DNA from: Leucoraja ocellata
Taxonomy: Eukaryota
DNA length: 64,000 nucleotides
Direction of reading: 5' to 3'
Assembly (NCBI GenBank): GCA_036785375.1
Contig: JAWMAR010000020.1
Location: 7,316,001-7,380,000, forward strand
Positions 59,272 to 64,000 of the stretch are shown here, piece by piece. Each line of letters starts with the position of its first letter. Position 1 is the stretch's first letter. Position numbers and translations under genes: made by a program. The notes below the pieces were generated by a model. That model saw nothing but the letters and a program-made list of their open reading frames with translations, ran no database searches and was not told the DNA's origin.

Positions 59272-60495
59272 ACAAACGCACAGACAGGCACACAGCCAGA
59301 CGCACACACAGACACATGCAGACACACGCACACAGCCACACACGCAGACACACGCACACAGATATGCACAAAGACATACACACATAGACACACGCAGACA
59401 CACACACGCAGAAACACACACAGACACACATGCAAACACACATGCACAGAGGCACACACGCACACAGACACACACAGACACGCACATAGACACACGCAGC
59501 CACACACACGCAGACACATGCACGCAGATATGCACAAAGACACACGCACAGACACACACACACGCGCACACACACACAGACACACACACGCAGACACATG
59601 CACACAGATATGCACAAAGACACACGCACACAGACACGCACACAGACACACACAGACAGACCCGCACAGAAACACACAGACACACATGCAAACACACATG
59701 CACACAGACACACACGCAGGCACACACGCACACAGACACACCCGCACAGACACACCCGCACAGACACACATGCAGACACACACGCACAGACACACACGCA
59801 CAGACACACCCGCACAGACACACGCACACAGACACACCCGCACAGACACACCCGCAGACACACACGCACAGACACACCCGCACAGACACACGCACACAGA
59901 CACGCACGCACAGACACACACGCACGCACAGACACACACGCACGCACAGACACGCACGGACAGACACACATGCACAGACACGCACGCACACGCACACGGA
60001 CACGCACGCAGACATANNNNNNNNNNNNNNNNNNNNNNNNNNNNNNNNNNNNNNNNNNNNNNNNNNNNNNNNNNNNNNNNNNNNNNNNNNNNNNNNNNNN
60101 NNNNNNNNNNNNNNNNNNNNNNNNNNNNNNNNNNNNNNNNNNNNNNNNNNNNNACACACAGACTCACACGAACACAGACACACACGCACAGACACAGACA
60201 CACACAAACAAACACACATGCATACACACATGCACAGACATGCACACACACACACATGCACAGACACACGCACAGGCACACTCACACGACAGACACGCAC
60301 ACAGACACACACACGCACACAGATTGAAGAGTGAACGGTCTCGACCCGAAACGTCGTCCAATCCTTCTCTCCACACACACACATGCAGACCCACACCCAC
60401 ACACACACAGACACACAGACACACACGCAGACACGCACCCACACACACACACAGACACACACGCACGTAGGCAGACACGCACACACCACACACAT
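59272..60495. repeat. Complex CA/CAGA/CGCA satellite containing an assembly gap
   Basis: Visible directly; N run at 60017-60153. Confidence 0.95.
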
Positions 60496-60677
60496 GCTCA
60501 AGTAAATATAAACATTTGACCACATTTTGAGCAAAGCAATGATGAGAGTTTTCCAACCCTTCCCGTCACTCGCCAAGGAACTCCCCAGCTCATGCCGACC
60601 CCCTGGGCGCAGACTCCGGCCCCGCTGGCCACAGCTACTTGTCCCCCAGGGTTGGCCGGTGTCCCGCGATTGCTTAC

Positions 60678-60806
60678 CACCTGTCCCGGGATGACGGTGA
60701 AGGTGGACGACTCGCTCTGCGGCTTGGCCGCCGACAACGACGAGACAGAGGCTCTCATTGTTTTGGGGACCCTGTTAGCCCGGATCTCCATCTTTGACCG
60801 GATGTT
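60678..60806 (-). CDS. ITGB4: Integrin beta-4 exon (hybrid domain)
   Basis: cag|...|gtaagc, 129 nt, phase 0/0; NIRSKMEIRANRVPKTMRASVSSLSAAKPQSESSTFTVIPGQV. Confidence 0.9.
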
Positions 60807-61077
60807 CTGTGGGAGGGAGATTGCAGGGAAAGGTTATCCGTGAGGGAAGCAAACATCTCTGTACAACATGCCAAGGTGGCAGTAGTGCAGCAAGATGCAC
60901 ATGACACAGTGGTAGTAGAAGTAGATTCACCTGGCATATCATGTTCCCACATGAGAGGTGCTCCAGGCTACTCTCTGCAATGAGAATGTGGAGCAGGGGG
61001 GTAATATTACACTATAGTTTGCACATCAAAGATATAGCTTTACAAAGTGTGTGAACATGAGGGGGACAACATTGCAG

Positions 61078-61912
61078 AGAGTCATACAGCACAGAACGAG
61101 GCCCTTGGGCCCAACATCCATGCTGACTAAGATGCCTATCTAAGCTAGTCCCATTCGCCTCCATATAGCCCATATCCCTCTAAACCTCTCCTATCCATGC
61201 ATCTGTCCAAATGTCTTTTAAATGTTGTTGTAACTGCACAAACTATCTCCTCTGGCAGCTCGTTCTATGTACCCAACTCTCTCTGAGTAAAAAATATTGC
61301 ACTCAGTTTCCTATTAAATCTTGGCCCTCTCTCCTTAAGCCATATAATCATCGAGTCATACACCGTGGAAACAGGCCCTTCGGCCCAACTTGCCCATGCT
61401 GACCAACATGCCAAATCCACTCTTGTTCCATCTGCCTGCATTCAGTACATATCGCTCTAAACCTATCGTATCCATGTACCTGTCTAACTGTCTGTTAAAC
61501 TTTGCAATAGTCTCAGCTTCAACTACCTACTCCGGCAGCTTGTTCCATTCACCCATCAGCCTTTGTGTAAAAACGTTGCCTCTCAGGTTCCCATAAAATC
61601 TTTCACCCCTCACCTTAAACCTATGTCCTCTGGTTCTCAATTCCCCACCTCTTGGTACAAGACTGTGCATTTACCTGATCTATTCCTCTCATGATTGTCT
61701 ACACATCTGTAAGATCACCTCTCATCCTCTTGCACACCAAGGAATAGAGTCCTAGCCTGCTCAACCTCTCCCTATAGATCAGTCCTTGCAACATGCTCAT
61801 AAATCTTCTATGCACCCTTTCCAGCTTAACAACATCTTTCCTACAATAGTGTGACCAAAACGGTACATAATATTCGAAGTATGACCTCACCAATGTCTTG
61901 TACAACTGCAGT
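61078..61912 (-). mobile_element. Stacked CR1 3' fragments
   Basis: YKTLVRSYFEY...LGLYSL..RMRGDL plus two tails. Confidence 0.82.
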
Positions 61913-61939
61913 TGGAATATAGTGTAGCAAACAGTGGAG

Positions 61940-62730
61940 ACGTGGATTTTTGCAGTAGGAATAAAGGCCTAGACTATGTTCTAAATGGGGTGAGAATCCA
62001 GAAATCGGAGGTGCAAAGGGACTTGGGAATGCTGATGCAGGATTCCCAAAAAGCTAATCTGCAAGTCGAATCGGTAGTAAAGAAAGCAAACCCAATGCTA
62101 TCATTTATTTCAAGAGGGCTTGTATACAAAAACAGAGATGTGATTTGAGGCTCTATAAGGCACTGGTGAGGCCGCATTTGGAATATTGTGAGCAATTTTG
62201 GGCCGCATATCTGAGGAAGGATGTGCTGGCTCTGGAGAGGGTCCAGAGAAGGTTTACAAGAATGATCCCATGAATGAGTAGGTTAACCTATGATGAGCGT
62301 TTGTCGGCACTGGGCCTGTATTCGCTGGAGTTTAGTAGAATGAGGGGGGGGGGGGGGGGGGGCTCATTGAAACAGGCAGAATAGTGAAAGACTTGGATAG
62401 AGTGGATGTGGAGAGGATGTTTCCACTAGTGGGAGAGTCTCAGATTAGAGGTCAGAGCCTCAGAATTAAAGGACGTTCTTTTAGGAAGATGAGGAGAAAT
62501 TTATTTAGTCAGAGGGTGGTGAATCTATGGAATTATTTTACCACAGAAGGCTGTGGAGGCCAAGTCAGTGGATATTTTTTAAAGCAGAAATAGATTCTTG
62601 ATTAGTACTGAGGTTATGTGGAAAAGGCAGGAGAATGGGGTTAGGAGGGAGTGATAGATCAGCCATGATTAAATGGTGGAGTAGACTTGATGGGCCGACT
62701 CCTATTCCTTATGACCTTATGAACATGACC
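61940..62730 (+). mobile_element. CR1 RT C-terminus and tail
   Basis: QRDLG, ALVRPHLEYC, FSQRVVNLWN. Confidence 0.88.
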
Positions 62731-62895
62731 TCCAAACTGTGTTACTCAATACTCTGACTGATGAAATCCTTCCTGACCAAGCCAATGGTGTCCAGATCTT
62801 GATTCCTCTACCCTGGGTTAAAGAGTCTGTGCATTCACTGGATCCATCCCCCTCTGTAGTACATTTAGTCCAGAGATAGTTGTGGTAGGGCTTAC

Positions 62896-62985
62896 CTCAA
62901 ATGCATGGCGCAGCAGGTCGAGTATATTGGACGAGTCCTCTTGCAGCTGCCCGATATCAGACACTGGAAAATACTTGCTCAATTT
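62896..62985 (-). CDS. ITGB4: Integrin beta-4 exon (end of betaI domain); gene continues upstream of the window
   Basis: cag|...|gtaag, 90 nt, phase 0/0. [30 protein letters not shown] resembles human [30 protein letters not shown] (recalled). Confidence 0.93.
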
Positions 62986-63657
62986 CTGGATTTAAAAAAC
63001 ACAAGACCCATTATAAAGTAAAATCCCCACTGGTCTGCTATCCAAAGCAGCACCCACAGAGAGACCTCGATCCTTTGGATGAATGGCTTGGTTGGTTTCC
63101 AAAGAAAAATTAATTACCAAGTGAATTATCACAAGTGTCTATTACTGATAGATTACTCTCCAATAGAACTATCTATCTCCAATAGAATCTCCTTATATAT
63201 TCTGTGCATCATGAATGCAGGATACAAATATTAACCATTTCACTCTCCAATGCTCATTGCTTTGCTTGTAACTGCACATTCTGCAACCTGTATCAGCAAC
63301 AACACAAACAGTGTTGCAATATCTAGCAACATGTAAAGTCTCTTCTTCTGAAAAGGAGGTTTCACACTATGGACTGTGAAAACGCCAAGAAATAAATGGA
63401 CCTTTGCAATACGAACCACAGTTTACCTCTTGAAATACCTAATAGTCTAAATCTAGAATACTGCTTAAAATACAGTTAACTCACGTTATAACAGACCATA
63501 GGTGTCCATTGTTGCCGATTGTCCACTATAACAGAGTAAGGGATTCACTCCAACCACATAGTGGTCACTGCATGAAACAATGTTGTTTTCAAATACAAAG
63601 TTCTTTTTACCACTAAAAGTCTATTGTTGTTACTGCAAGCTAAAAATACTAAAGGCA

Positions 63658-63878
63658 GTTTCAATGCCTTTAATTTCAATGCCTTGTCAATTTCTACGCC
63701 TTGTCAATGTCAACGCCTTGCCAATGTCAATGCCTTGTCAATGTCAATGCCTTGTCAATTTCAATGCCCTGCCAATTTCAATGCCTTGTCAATTTCAATG
63801 CCTTGTCAATTTCAATGCCTTGTCAATTTCAACGCCTTGTCAATTTCAATGCCTTGTCAATTTCAATGCCTTGTCAAT
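63658..63878. repeat. 17-bp tandem repeat (tttcaatgccttgtcaa)n
   Basis: About 13 copies. Confidence 0.92.
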
Positions 63879-64000
63879 CTGGTATAAATCTGTTATAAGG
63901 AGGTCTGTACTAACCAGGGTTAGAGATTAGCTACATGATCTATGCCGAATAGCTACTCTGAGTGCTATGTTGCAGGACATTGCATCAGGTGAACTACATG

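Noticed and set aside
59061-60576. Long ORFs rich in CV or HT
   Set aside because: Translations of the CA-rich satellite and N gap.
63658-63878. CRISPR-like array or Cys-rich protein
   Set aside because: Head-to-tail 17-mer repeat with no spacers, in vertebrate intronic DNA.

Overview
Vertebrate genomic DNA, inferred to be from a skate or ray because of its HE1-like V-SINEs, CR1/HER1-like LINEs and Penelope-derived repeats. Almost the whole window is the 3' part of an integrin beta-4 (ITGB4) gene on the minus strand. I traced by hand 35 phase-compatible GT-AG coding exons from 62985 down to a TGA at 5855-5857 (4818 nt, 1605 aa). They cover the end of the betaI domain, hybrid, EGF-like repeats, beta-tail, transmembrane segment, Calx-beta, FnIII domains, connecting segment and C-tail; the 5' exons lie beyond the window. 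The main surprise is a tandem duplication of the two-exon FnIII-1 cassette (137+178 nt twice, about 55% aa identity, intact splice sites), predicting a beta4 tail with five rather than four FnIII domains or combinatorial splicing. Other notable items: an expanded juxtamembrane cysteine cluster, a homologue of the human beta4C-specific exon, a possible decayed large exon in the connecting-segment intron, many Penelope-type minimal hammerhead motifs, near-identical inverted CR1 copies flanking an exon, a Helitron-like end with a 19-bp duplication and a CpG-rich non-autonomous insert. Comparisons to human ITGB4 and repeat families are from memory, not from searches, and repeat boundaries are approximate.
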